A stretch of DNA of 61,922 nucleotides, counting the filler, from Globobulimina sp. (lineage: Eukaryota), in assembly GCA_003354225.1 (NCBI GenBank). It is 26 parts of 26 records of this genome, joined end to end, with 100 filler letters (N's around TTAATTAATTAA, not from the genome) between each part and the next. Parts side by side here need not be neighbours in the genome. Positions count along the whole stretch, not along the records: positions 50,103 to 52,386 come from PIVH01007663.1; positions 52,487 to 54,770 come from PIVH01007664.1; positions 54,871 to 57,154 come from PIVH01007665.1; positions 57,255 to 59,538 come from PIVH01007666.1; positions 59,639 to 61,922 come from PIVH01007667.1; 21 more parts are not named here. The stretch is one strand, 5' to 3'. A program made the position numbers and the translations under genes. Positions 50,103-61,878 of the stretch are shown piece by piece. How positions within the stretch are numbered: position 1 is the stretch's first letter; each line of letters starts with the position of its first letter. The notes below the pieces were generated by a model. The model was not told the DNA's origin and searched no databases. It worked only from the letters and a program-made list of their open reading frames with translations.

Positions 50103-52386
50103 CAAATCGCGACGAAGAATGATAATTTACATCTCCACTCCAAATTCTTTCAAATTTTCAATATCAAATTATGTATTAATGTGGGCTGCAATGAAGAATT
50201 GGAAAATGATAATGATTCGGGATTATGCGTTATTTGCACGCACAAATCAATAAAATCACAATTTTATGGCCTTAACGATGAATCTAACGACTTTAAAATG
50301 GCAGTTATCGATGATTCGAAAATGGACATCATGGACATAAATACATTAACCATTCGAGACACATATGCAGTGCCATCATTTATTGATATTTGGACATCAA
50401 AAATTAAAACAATTGAATCGATTTCACCGCGGTTTATCAGAAAAGTAATCGAAGTGTACGTCAGACTGATACGCAATGCGCGACACAAAAATGACATGCG
50501 AGCTTGGATTGAATTATGCATGTTTTGTAAAGCCATTTTAGCAAAGTCCGACAAAGAAAATAATCCATTTACGTTCTCTGAGCGTATATCTATGGTCTCA
50601 GCGGGCGAAATTATTAAATTATTCACCATTTTAAATCAAAATGCGATCAAAAACTATAAATCGCAAACAATCAAAAAAGTTTTTATTAAAAATAAGATTG
50701 GCGAATTGTCGAGACACATGAAAACAAAAATAATCCGCGTCGCAAGCCATGGAAACATCAAGAAAGCATTAGCTATGATTGATAGTTCGGGCATTGCTGA
50801 TATGTATAACCCACAAAAACGCCAGTTATTACTATCAAAATATCCGAAACGAAAACCTGAAAATATTGTCGTCAAATTACCCACCAATCAACAACATATC
50901 ACCAAAGACATCGAAAAAGAAATAATTAATGAAGCTGCAATAAGTTTAAACGAGTCTTCGGCGCCGGGAGTTTCTGGCATAACCAACCAACAATTTATTA
51001 AAATGTGGAAAAACCGAAGCGGAACAGAACTGGAACACGAGATTAAATTAATGATTTTATTATTTGTGAATGGCGACGTGAATGAGAGCATCATTCAATA
51101 TATCAACGGCGGCCGTGTCATCCCGGCAAACAAAAAAGTTACTGATATTAGACCAATAACGATTGGCAATCTGTTACCATCATTGTCCATTGCAGCTAGC
51201 AAACGAGCACACAAACCTGAGATCGAAGCAGCGAGAGATCCCACACAAATCAGCGAAGATAATTGCGGCGGCGAAGCTATGGTTTAAACATTCGAAATGG
51301 CCGTTAAGTACATCTCTGCACGATGATTTTTGCATCATTCAAATTGATTGGCGGAATTGTTTCGGCGAAATTATTAGAAAACGATTATTAAAACAAATCC
51401 ATTCTGATATGCCATCGCAATATTTGCTGAATGGTCATCAATTTGAAGCTGAGGAAGGATTATATCAAGGCCAAGCAGGAAGTAATGGTAATTGCGGATT
51501 ATCGCAAAAACATTTTATGAAACGAGTCCTAACCACAGCGAAACAGACAAAGCCCGATTTTAAAATTAAAGCAAGAGCCTCTTTTGTCGATGACAGTTTC
51601 ACATTGATGTCGATATCTGACGCAAATCTGTACATTGAAATTATTAATCATATCGGACCCGAAGAAGGATATTTTTTAAATAGCAAAAAAAGCGTCATTA
51701 CTATTGGCGGGGCATGGGATGAAATATCACATTTAGTATCAGAAGCGGTGGCACAATTTAAACGTTGTGAACAAGGACAAACAGAATGCCTGAACATCCC
51801 CATTGGCACACAAGAATATGTTACAAATTACATGTTGCCAAAGATTGAATTTATACATAAATCACTACTACGCGTCAATACCTTTGATAATACACAACTT
51901 GGCCATAAAATATATAAGGATTACGTGTGCGTATCGCAAATAATTTATTGGTTACGACGTTTAGCACCAAAACAATCGATCTTTATCGCCAGAAAATTCG
52001 ATAATATGTTGAGAGAACAAGTCAATAATATGTGTGGCTTCAATCTTACGCAATTACAATGGCTACAATGCACGCTCTCAATCAATAAATCAGGATTAGG
52101 TATACGTACAGCGACCGATAAACTTTATGCGATCTATTTGCCAGCATTGATGTCGGCATTGCAAATTGTTGAACGTTTAGCAGACCCAGACGTCATTCAA
52201 TTGTATGATAAGGAGGTTGAACTCCGTATTGATCGCTGTATTTCCAACTACAATGCATCAGTGGCAGATCGACACAAAATTAGAGAATTTGATATTAACG
52301 TCCATACTACAAAATGGATGACTAAGAATATACAAAACAAACAATTTAATACATTAATTCATTGCAAAACAGAAAAGAATAAAGCC
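50103..52386 (+). mobile_element. Degenerate non-LTR retrotransposon RT region, CRE/SLACS-like, with stop and frameshift near 51285-51320
   Basis: SAPGVSG, KKVTDIRPITIG, GGEAMV, IDWRNCF, GLYQG, SFVDD, LNSKKS, LNIPIG, TLSINKSGLGI: the motif order typical of CRE-clade RTs. Confidence 0.75.
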
Positions 52387-52517
52387 NNNNNNNNNNNNNN
52401 NNNNNNNNNNNNNNNNNNNNNNNNNNNNNNTTAATTAATTAANNNNNNNNNNNNNNNNNNNNNNNNNNNNNNNNNNNNNNNNNNNNTAAAGAAAAGTTAG
52501 AAAACTTTGTAGCGATC

Positions 52518-54770
52518 ATGTCGTTTTTGTTTGTATTTATGTTTGCGTTGTTGCTGAAGACAACTAAGAGCCAATCAAGCGACGAGATTACCGACGTACG
52601 TATGGTTTTGATGAATCATTTTGACTGCGGTTACAACGATCCAGTACGAGGATATAAAGGGTACGCATACAATGTAATCAATGAATATTTTGATGTGTAT
52701 TTCCCATTGGCAGTGGAAGTGGGCATAAATATGACATCTTTGCACAATAAAACATATTCATGGACCACACAATCATGGCTTATCTCTTTGTTTTTCGAGT
52801 GTCCAACAAATATGGGATTGCATTGTCCCTCTACACAACAACAAGAATATATTTTATATGGCATTGCACAGAAATTCATTGTATGGCACGCATTCCCCTT
52901 CAACTCACAACTTGCGACTTATGACCCATCGCTGATTGAATTTGGTTTAAAATTATCCGCAGACTGCGCCAATAAATATAACTTATCATTTATTCCCAAA
53001 GTGTTATCCCAGAGAGACGTCCCAGGCATCACCAAGAACATTATACCCCTTTTAACCAAAAACAATATAAATGCCATCTCGATCGGCTCCAATGATGGCA
53101 GTACACCGCCAAATGTACCACGAATATTCAAATGGCTCCATTCCGCCACAAATCAATCCATAATCACACTGTTGCACCCATTTGGTTATGGCGGTGTAGA
53201 TATTTCCGACGCTGTGTTATTACCAAACTTTCCCACCGCGTTTGTTGCTGCATTCAAAGGCGACAACAGAGGGCCTCCGAATGTTGAAGAAACGTTGAAT
53301 TTTTATCAACATTTAGGCGCAGAATTTGCAAACGCAAAAATTGTGGCTTCCAGTTTCGATGATTACATTAATATATTGCTCGCAGCTGAAAACAAAGAGA
53401 TTTTGGATGGTTTACCCATTGTTGACCAAGAAATGGGCGATACGTGGTCTTGGGGCATCAGCTCCGATCCGTGGAAAAACACTGCGTTCAGAATTGCGAT
53501 GCGGAAAAGAGCGCAATGTCTGGAAAGCAATTTGTGTTCATATGACAGTGCTTCTTTTTATAATTTCAGCAGATTGCTATTGAAAAATGGAGAGCATACT
53601 TGGGGTGGCGGAGTCACTCATTTTCTGACGTTGCCCGACAATTATTATGCATGGAGCAACAAAGCATTTCAGAAACGACTACATTCCAACTCGACAGACA
53701 TAAATGGAACAAATGAGATGCAGAAATTTGAAAATTAGTGGTATGAACAAAGGGATTTTGGCCTGATTTGGGCCTTGGAAGCATTGCAAACATCGACTGA
53801 TTCGAATGATGTTAATTTGCATAAAAGTATTACCAATGAATGGCAGTCGATGTATGCTGTCAAATCGCCGTTGAATGAGGACTGGCAAATTGTTGATAGT
53901 TCTGCGACTTATCATATTTCATCTGCATTGCGACATGTTTTTGAGATTGAATTTGATGTAAAAAGCGGAGCTCTTTCAAGATTATATGATCTGAATACGA
54001 GTATAAATTATGCATCGCCGAGCAATTTGTTGGGGGAATTTATTTATCAGTCTTTGAATGAAATGGATTATGTGCATTATATGAAAGAATATGTGCCGGC
54101 GAATAAGAAACACGTTCCATGGAAAGACGAAGCAAAGATTGGCATTGAAGAGTTTGGTGCCGCCGAACATCAATATATCAGTGCGAGATTAATCAATTTG
54201 TATCAGAATAAATACAATGAAAGCGAGTTTATCACAGAATTGGATTTTGATGGATATACGGCACATTTACAGGACTTTTATGGCGGACCGACAAAGATAT
54301 ATAATCAGATTAGTTTTAATAATATTAATGATTTGGGAAATAATTTGGCATTCAATATGCAGTTAACGTGGATCAATAAGACGGCGACGAGATTGCCCGA
54401 ATCGATTTGGTTTAAATTCAATCCGTTAATGTGTACTGATTGGACTGTGGATAAGTTGGATGAAGCAATTTATTTATCCAATGTTATGGAACACGGAGCA
54501 TTGCATTTTATGGCGACAACAGGAAATGTTTCATGTTCCATTGCCAATAACAACAAATTCAAAATAATGTCGTATGATGTGCCCGGAATTGGATTCATAT
54601 CCTCGGGAAAGAATGAATTGTTTGCATTGCCAACGCCATTTGTAAATATTTCTCAAGATAAAGGATGTGGATTTTGTTTGTATAATAACCTTTGGGGCAC
54701 AAACTATATTATGTGGTATCCCTATGATATGAATGAAATAGTTTTACAGACTCACATCGATACCATATAT
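52518..54770 (+). CDS. Secreted GH38-like (DUF5054-type) glycoside hydrolase with an in-frame TAG at 53736-53738; 3' partial
   Basis: MNHFDCGY, WHAFPFN, SQRDVPG, DNRGPP, EMGDTW, EHTWG, KTATRLPESIW, LYNNLWGTNYIMWYP. Both ORFs are in the same frame. Confidence 0.75.
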
Positions 54771-54870
54771 NNNNNNNNNNNNNNNNNNNNNNNNNNNNNN
54801 NNNNNNNNNNNNNNTTAATTAATTAANNNNNNNNNNNNNNNNNNNNNNNNNNNNNNNNNNNNNNNNNNNN

Positions 54871-55805
54871 GTTGTGTAAGTCCGGTAAATGCGTTTAGTT
54901 TACTACTACACTACCACTCTGTGCAAGATAAATGAAACATGGCAAACTTCGTGTTGAAAAAAATGGATATTTTAAATCAAAATCATATATATTTTCTATT
55001 GACGCTGTTGATTTACTCAAAGCTGTTTCAATGAGTATGATTCACACGGGATCATTCCATGTATCGTCAAAAGATAAAGATGCTTTGTCAATAAGTTGGG
55101 TGTCTCCAATTGCATCAGAATCAGAATCATTCAATAATTCAAAACAAAATTGGAATCACATTGGCTGTATTAATTCACCCGGCATTTTGTTTGATCGTTC
55201 CATTGTCAAAGACGTTTCAAAAAATACGAAAGCTGCAATTGTATACAATAATACATCGCGAACTGGAGATTTAATGAATATGAAGGTAATAATACCCAAA
55301 GTCTATAACTTATCGGAAAAACATTTGACAAAAACAATTTCTAAATCAACGTTGTTACCTTTGGATTGTTGTCAAATCATTGCTGAGTTTGCGGATAAAT
55401 TTTGGACCGAAAATATTTCAAAAAAGGTCAATTCATCAAATTGTCACAAATTAATGGACATTAACAATAATAAACGCACAGAGACAAAAGTTATGATCTT
55501 TCGGAATAAATTACCAACCTGGAATTCGCAGTTTTGTTTTTGTTTTTTTATTCTAAACATATGCATATCTTCGATTTATATCATTAATATTTAGAATCAA
55601 TGCGTATACGTTGGAGTTTGGTGGCCGAGCGTTAGTTCCTTCCGTTCATAATTTCCAATTAATAAATAATAAAAAAGTTGTTGTTTTGCAATTAGGTAAA
55701 ATAAATGACTTTGGATTTAATGTTGATTTTTCATTTCCTTTATCTGCTTATCAAGCATTCAGTATTTGTTTAAGTGTCATTGATAGAACATTTGTGTGGG
55801 ATTGA
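54871..55805 (+). CDS. Tubby-like protein, with an intron near 55531-55594
   Basis: RNKLPTWN, LEFGGRALVPSVHNFQL, LQLGK, FNVDFSFPLSAYQAFSICLS. Confidence 0.85.
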
Positions 55806-55989
55806 TATTTTGTGTGCAAATGTTTAATAGTGCGTATGTTACACTTTATTTAATTACAAACAATCAAGAACATATATATATATATATACAACTCCAAATT
55901 ATGATATCCAAATGAGGTCATGTATATATATATATATATTTATAAAAAGAAATATCAAATTAACACATTAACAAACTTTTACGCAGACA

Positions 55990-56772
55990 ATGGGAAATTG
56001 TCTTTTTTCCGAAGATGCGGTGACATTGCGTGCTGCGCAAAACTGTGAAGAACTGCTTGAAGATGACATTTTCTCCAAATCCTTAGCAGGACCTGGAGTT
56101 GGAATATCGTCACCGAGAGCAAGATTCGCCCGACGAACAAGTGCACATAAAGGCGTTATGTCTTCGATTGCAATGAAATTCCCTTATATTCGTCGATCAT
56201 TTCTCTCAGTAAAGCAAGCATTTGAAGAATATGCAACTGACACAGACAAATATTATATTACCAAAGACCAAATAGCTGAGATTTTAGTAGAATTAGGCGC
56301 AAGAAGAGAGATATTAACGTCAGAACATATTGAGGAGATCATTAAAACTGCAAATGCAGATAATGATGATGCAGCAAATGAACATATACATTTCAAAGAA
56401 TTTTTAATTGATGCAGCCATTGGAGTGTTTTTGGCGGCAGATCCAAAACAAGAAAGTAAACATTTTTTGCGAATTAGAAAAGGATTTGAAGCGGCCCGAC
56501 TGGCGTTTGGTAAGATTGATAAAGATGGTTCGGGACAAATCGATTTCGAAGAACTAAAATCTGCATTTTTAGCAATGAAAGAAGATGATTTTATTTTAGA
56601 GCGATTGCGAGAATTAGATTTTAATGGTGATGAAATTATTAAATTTCCAGAATTTGTATGGGGTTTAATGAATTGGGTCGGAATGGATGAAGATAACAGT
56701 CAAGATATTATTGACGATGACGAAACATTTCTATTCGATCAGACACCAGATTTAAATGATGCAGAAATCTAA
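55990..56772 (+). CDS. EF-hand calcium-binding protein with an MGNC acylation motif
   Basis: DKDGSGQIDFEE, DFNGDEIIKFPE. Confidence 0.85.
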   Translation: MGNCLFSEDAVTLRAAQNCEELLEDDIFSKSLAGPGVGISSPRARFARRTSAHKGVMSSIAMKFPYIRRSFLSVKQAFEEYATDTDKYYITKDQIAEILVELGARREILTSEHIEEIIKTANADNDDAANEHIHFKEFLIDAAIGVFLAADPKQESKHFLRIRKGFEAARLAFGKIDKDGSGQIDFEELKSAFLAMKEDDFILERLRELDFNGDEIIKFPEFVWGLMNWVGMDEDNSQDIIDDDETFLFDQTPDLNDAEI

Positions 56773-57477
56773 CTCAACACCTTCCAAATCTGACAATATA
56801 AAGTTGTACACAAAAAATGCGAATTTGACCATTTTTTTTTAATCTGACTTTCAGGAAAAAATCCGAAAAATACCAATTTTCTTTTAACAAAATAAAATCA
56901 ATTTTTATTCTTTTTTGATGGATTAATGGCAATTTATATCATCTGGCCGCCGGTCTGTGTTTTAAATGTGGCGTTAAAATGTTTGTATTTTCCGTTTGAT
57001 TGTAAATCTTTTAAGGTTTTGAAGCTTTTTGAGAAATTAAGATATTTACATTTTTAACAAATTCAACAAAAAATGGTAATTAATGTATGATGACTGAGAA
57101 ATATAAAATGTGAGATCACTCTATATCAATGCTGAACACTTCATACTCTTTTACNNNNNNNNNNNNNNNNNNNNNNNNNNNNNNNNNNNNNNNNNNNNTT
57201 AATTAATTAANNNNNNNNNNNNNNNNNNNNNNNNNNNNNNNNNNNNNNNNNNNNATGTAAGTATATAACAAATTAATTAAATAGATTATTTCAATAAAAA
57301 TAAAAATAAAAATAACTCCGAAACCAAAATTGAAATAATAACTAAACATACTGCAAATTCACATAGCGACATGATAAAATAACTCAACATGAAATATAAA
57401 ATAAAAGTAAGACAATGCCATGCTCCATTAATCCGATTATAACATCGATGTGAACGGTTCTAATTTATTAATAGAAC

Positions 57478-57660
57478 CATATAAATCAAATATGACACTG
57501 CAACTGAAGTAATTTAAAAATGTGTATGTCATCCTGTACATGTGACTTTATATGGATCATGAAAATTATATACTTATTTGCACCATACATAGTATATATG
57601 TATCCACATATTTGCACCATACTTAACACCCTCTTCAACAGCCAACGCTTCATGTTTGGT
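57478..57660 (-). pseudogene. Truncated duplicate of the 3' end of the neighbouring prolyl 4-hydroxylase gene
   Basis: Near-identical to about 58308-58461, with substitutions and short insertions. Confidence 0.8.
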
Positions 57661-57871
57661 ACAGCGACTACAGCCACTTTGGTCGAGCTTTAATCAATTG
57701 AACCGACATAATTGTCCGTTTTATTATGGAAAAATGCAAACCTTGTTTGAAATGCTTAAATTGATTTATGGCAAAACAACAATATTTATTCCATGAACCC
57801 AAATGTGTATTAATTTGCATGTATTTATACTATTTTTTCTATGCTTGATTAGAACAAGAACAACAGTGTTT

Positions 57872-58091
57872 GGCTTAGTAGCTCAATGTATGGATAGAGC
57901 ATATGCCTGCAGCTTTATGCTGTATCCTTGAAATATTTCGATATTTCAACTCAACCAATTTAATTTCTCGATCTTTTAAACAACAATTAACAGCATCCTG
58001 GTTCAATTTCTCTTCTTGGGAAATATGATAATAAATTGAGTATTGAGTTAAATAATGCATATAGATGTGGGTTTAAATCCCGCCTAAGCCA
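57872..58091 (+). tRNA. tRNA gene or pseudogene with anticodon GCA (Cys) and a 143-nt intron at the canonical 37/38 position
   Basis: Acceptor GGCTTAG/CTAAGCC, D stem GCTC/GAGC, anticodon stem TATGC/GCATA, loop CT-GCA-G then intron 57913-58055, T stem GTGGG/CCCGC. Atypical: 12-nt D loop, T loop TTTAAAT, discriminator A. Confidence 0.7.
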
Positions 58092-58104
58092 TATAAATTA
58101 ATAT

Positions 58105-58161
58105 GCGTGGATGATCTTCACGGGTGTATAACAACACAGTGGTTCGATTCCCTTCTGCGCG
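58105..58161 (+). pseudogene. tRNA-Sec-like sequence lacking the anticodon arm
   Basis: GCGTGGATGATCTTCACGGGT...AGTGGTTCGATTCC-CTTCTGCGCG parallels eukaryotic tRNA-Sec: 9-bp acceptor with a U:U mismatch, G73, 6-nt D strand with 4-nt loop. Confidence 0.6.
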
Positions 58162-58172
58162 GTAAATGTATG

Positions 58173-58185
58173 TTTTTTTTTTTTT
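58173..58185 (+). terminator. Oligo-dT RNA polymerase III terminator candidate
   Basis: Run of about 13 T starting 11 nt after the tRNA-Sec-like element. Confidence 0.5.
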
Positions 58186-58353
58186 AGTTGAGTATAATTT
58201 TTTAGTTTTTTAATTTTCACAACGTGGTTATTTTGTTATGTAAGTCCGTTTCTGACAAAAAATAAAATGGTTTATAAGTCCGTTACATAGTCCGCTGTAT
58301 AATCAATCATATAAATCAAATATGACAATACAAGTAATTTAAAAAAGTGTATG

Positions 58354-59472
58354 TCATCCTGTACATGTGACTTTATATGGATCATGGAAATTATACATAT
58401 GTATCCACATATTTGCACCATATTTAACACCCTCTTCAACAGCCAACGCTTCATGTTTCGTACGGTAATCTACTTTATATGGGTCACGATCCAACACCGA
58501 TGACCAGATGGCAACCGATCCCTTTTCTGCAGGAACAGTTATCCCCAACTTATTAAACTTAGTCCCACCACCTTTTATCGGTGTATTTAAATACAAAAAA
58601 AAAGTATAAACTCTAGGACCGATCGGCAAATCCAAATGACCAAAAATATAGTCATGATGTTGCACATAATATTGACCCACTTTATACCGCAACACTTGAA
58701 AAAACTCACTATTTTCCTTCGGAATCATTGTAATATTTTCAGCTTTTTGCGCCATTCCATGTATAACTGGATGATCCCAACAATTTCCTTGATGCGTACA
58801 CCAAGTCGTCGATGAAGTCCTTGCGTCCGATATTATTTCCTCAAATTTCGCATCATTTCCCTTCATTTTTCCTGCATCCACACTGCGCCGAAAATTGCGA
58901 CCTCCGATTTTTATAAATGTGTCACACTCTTCGTCCGTAAAAACATTATGCAACTGAACGAGCCATGGATCACGGGATAAAACGGTTGGATTATATTCAG
59001 GGAAATCGCTTATGTTTGTACATGATATTCAAGTCGTTTCTCGATAGTTAATATTATGTACAGATGGATACCTCAATAAACGTTGGAACATTTTGTTGAT
59101 ATCGCCAGGTATTACGGCAGCTTTTGCATTTGGATGGCGTTGGCATCGCACTTTGGGATTTTTCAAATGGCAGAAACCACAAGATTTTGGGCAAGCAAAT
59201 ACCATGAAACCTGGATTCTTTTCGCATGCTTTGTTGTTTATTGCCCAATATTGACAATCACGTTCATCCCTCGTATTGTCACAATCGTAGTTTTTTGGCA
59301 ATGCCCAAATATGTTCAAGATGATCAGTTACAGCTTGTTCTTCTTGTTCTGGTTTGGTAGTATCCTCTGCGCAATTTTGTGTGCATATATTATCAACCGT
59401 GTCTTCACCGATTACAAATTCAAATAATAACAATAATTCGAGCGTACAAAATAATAATTTTGCAGTAACCAT
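58354..59472 (-). CDS. ShK-domain prolyl 4-hydroxylase (2OG-Fe(II) dioxygenase), 2 exons
   Basis: Signal peptide, ShK (CQYWA...CEKNPGFMVFACPKSCGFC), RTSSTTW, FQVLRY, HHD, GGGTKF, HEAL..EEGVKYGANMW. Confidence 0.9.
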
Positions 59473-59855
59473 TAGAGAATGTCCAACTAAGTTTTTTTCG
59501 AGACCGTTACATTTGATGACTCTATAAATTGGTGTATTNNNNNNNNNNNNNNNNNNNNNNNNNNNNNNNNNNNNNNNNNNNNTTAATTAATTAANNNNNN
59601 NNNNNNNNNNNNNNNNNNNNNNNNNNNNNNNNNNNNNNTCCTAACAACAAAAAACACAACAAATGCTAATATACTGTCGCACGAAATGTGTCATGACATG
59701 ACGTGCACACTCAAAAAAAAACGTCACTTCACTTTACATCATGACATGTCACGCAACTGTAAAATGACACTGTTCGTTCAAGCAAATGTTGCAAATATCA
59801 GCTCTTTCCGTTTCAAACCAATCAAATAATATATAAAAAAAAGCAATTATGCCTT

Positions 59856-61096
59856 TTAATTTGGGTGACAAACCGGTTCGTTTTTGACAGGACTCTTTCT
59901 TTGCCACTTCAAGCCATTCACAGCAGGCACAACCTCCTGTTTCTTCCTCTTCATTGCCAACAGATTGGATATCTTAGCCAACATCTTCTGCTTTCCATTC
60001 ACCATCACACTGCCGGGCTCATGCACGGTGTTCTCAATCTGGTCCTGCCGCTGCTGATAATTGTAATTGTTTGTTTTGTACAAAGTGTCATCAGACTTAT
60101 AGGAGTTATGTCGGTCATATTGGTACATAGTCACATTGCGATCCCTAATCATCTCAGAATTGCTGGAACTACGCTGTATTTTCGGGGCACCATACCCGTG
60201 TTCGTACACTTTGTAAGGTGACTTATGGCCTGTATATTTTTTTTTAGTTTCACTGAAAAGTGATCCATAGGCCATAGCACAAACCGTAGGGAAAAAAAAG
60301 AGCTTACAAGTGCCATTATGTTGCAGTAAAGAAAGTTTTTTTCAGTGTACTCCATGCCATGTCGACCTCAAAAACACTTTTAAGCTCTTTTTGAATTATC
60401 AATGTATCATTTTTTTAATTCAAACCTGTGATTGCTGACAATGGAGATTTGTAGACATTATTATGGTGCAAATGAGAGACATTGTTGTTGTTCAAATGCC
60501 AGTTATTATTATTATTCAAATTGCCATGCAAATGTTCGGATGAGTTGCTGCGTCGAATGGGGTTCATTTGGTGGTAGTTTTGGTGGTAGTTTTTGTGGTG
60601 CAATGGCTGTGTGTTGGTATGCATGGAGCCCAAGGAAGAAGTGGCAGAAATGGGCGGTGGCCGCATGCGGATATCACTCAATGAATGGGTCGGATATGAA
60701 GCTGATATATTGTTTGGTGTTGGAACTGGTGGATTTCGCTCAGGTTTTGGCGGTCGGTACAAATGAGCGGATTTATTCTGGCGAAGTTTGACGCGGCGCT
60801 GCATTTCGCGGATAAACATGTCTTTGGTCAAACGCTTCACATTTTGGCTGATCCACCGCTTACAGCCAGGCGGTACCACATCGTACGAAGGGATCGAATA
60901 TTCGTTCCAGTTTAACTTCTGTTTGTAACACAATTTTCAGTTTGAAACCAATCAATAATTTAATTTTGAATATGTTCCAGTTTCAAACTGAAAACACATA
61001 ATTTTTGCATCCATTTTTCCAGTTTGAAACTGCAAAATTTGTGATCAAAAATACCTGGTCGCGTTGCTTGAGAAACTCCCTTTTGCCGCCACTCAT
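59856..61096 (-). CDS. Hypothetical low-complexity protein, multi-exon
   Basis: MSGGKREFLKQRDQ-intron(about 61054-60919)-KLNWNEY...; further same-strand ORF 59856..60275. Exon linkage is uncertain. Confidence 0.4.
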
Positions 61097-61099
61097 ATT

Positions 61100-61878
61100 C
61101 TAACATATCACATCATATTGCAATAAATATGAAAATAGCACAAACATTGTATACTTAACAAGGTTAAAACAGTCGTTATCGTTGACATTGGCATTCCTCT
61201 TAATTGCAATATGCATAATGTTTACATTCAAATCGAACAAATACAGCAAGACTCGCCGGGCCTTATCGGATTGGCACTTTTTGAAATCGACAATCAAATC
61301 GCTGTCAGTCTTAGTAATATTGGCCAGCGGTCCGATCCTCGCAAATATGTCGCGAGTCATCTTGTCATTCCATTGCTGTTTAAGGAGCATATTTTTATTA
61401 AACGAGACCATCACACGATTTTTATTCAAAACATGCGTTTTTCTGCTCACATTGTTGCTTAGTTTCTTACTTTTGGACAAATTCTTTGCTGCTTCCTCCC
61501 CTGCATAGTTTTCATTGTTTCCTCATTTTAATTTCTACCCAAAATTAAACAAAACTTTTTTTTTGTTGTTAGCCAATCGCCGCTGTTCTAAATATTTGAG
61601 TTTCTCTGTCTGTTTCTTAGTTTTTTCAGCATTTTTTCGCCTCTGTTTCTTTTTTTTTCGCACAACTTTTGATTTTGCGTTGACTTTCGCGATCATGTCG
61701 ACTGACAACGGCTTGTGTTCCTCAATCAATTTCTGTTTATTTGGTTTTGTGTACACATTATTTTACAAAATGGGACGGTTTGCCTTTGTGCCGCATGGCA
61801 TTACAAACCGTATCGTATTCCGTATGGCATAGAGGGCACAGAAACCGCTTTGTTATGTCCTTATCACTTTGGTCCTGA
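61100..61878 (-). CDS. Hypothetical basic protein with a C2H2-like finger, interrupted frames
   Basis: FLCPLCHTEY...RHKGKPSH, followed by Lys-rich ORFs 61535..61756 and 61100..61480. Confidence 0.35.

Noticed and set aside
51285-53738. Stop-codon reassignment suggested by in-frame TAA and TAG
   Set aside because: Only isolated cases, one of them in a decayed retroelement. TAA and TAG end other intact genes, and long ORFs are otherwise free of them.
2288-59638. Regularly spaced TTAATTAATTAA motif resembling a repeat array
   Set aside because: It is an artificial linker embedded in N runs. ORFs ending in X...LIN are artefacts of it.
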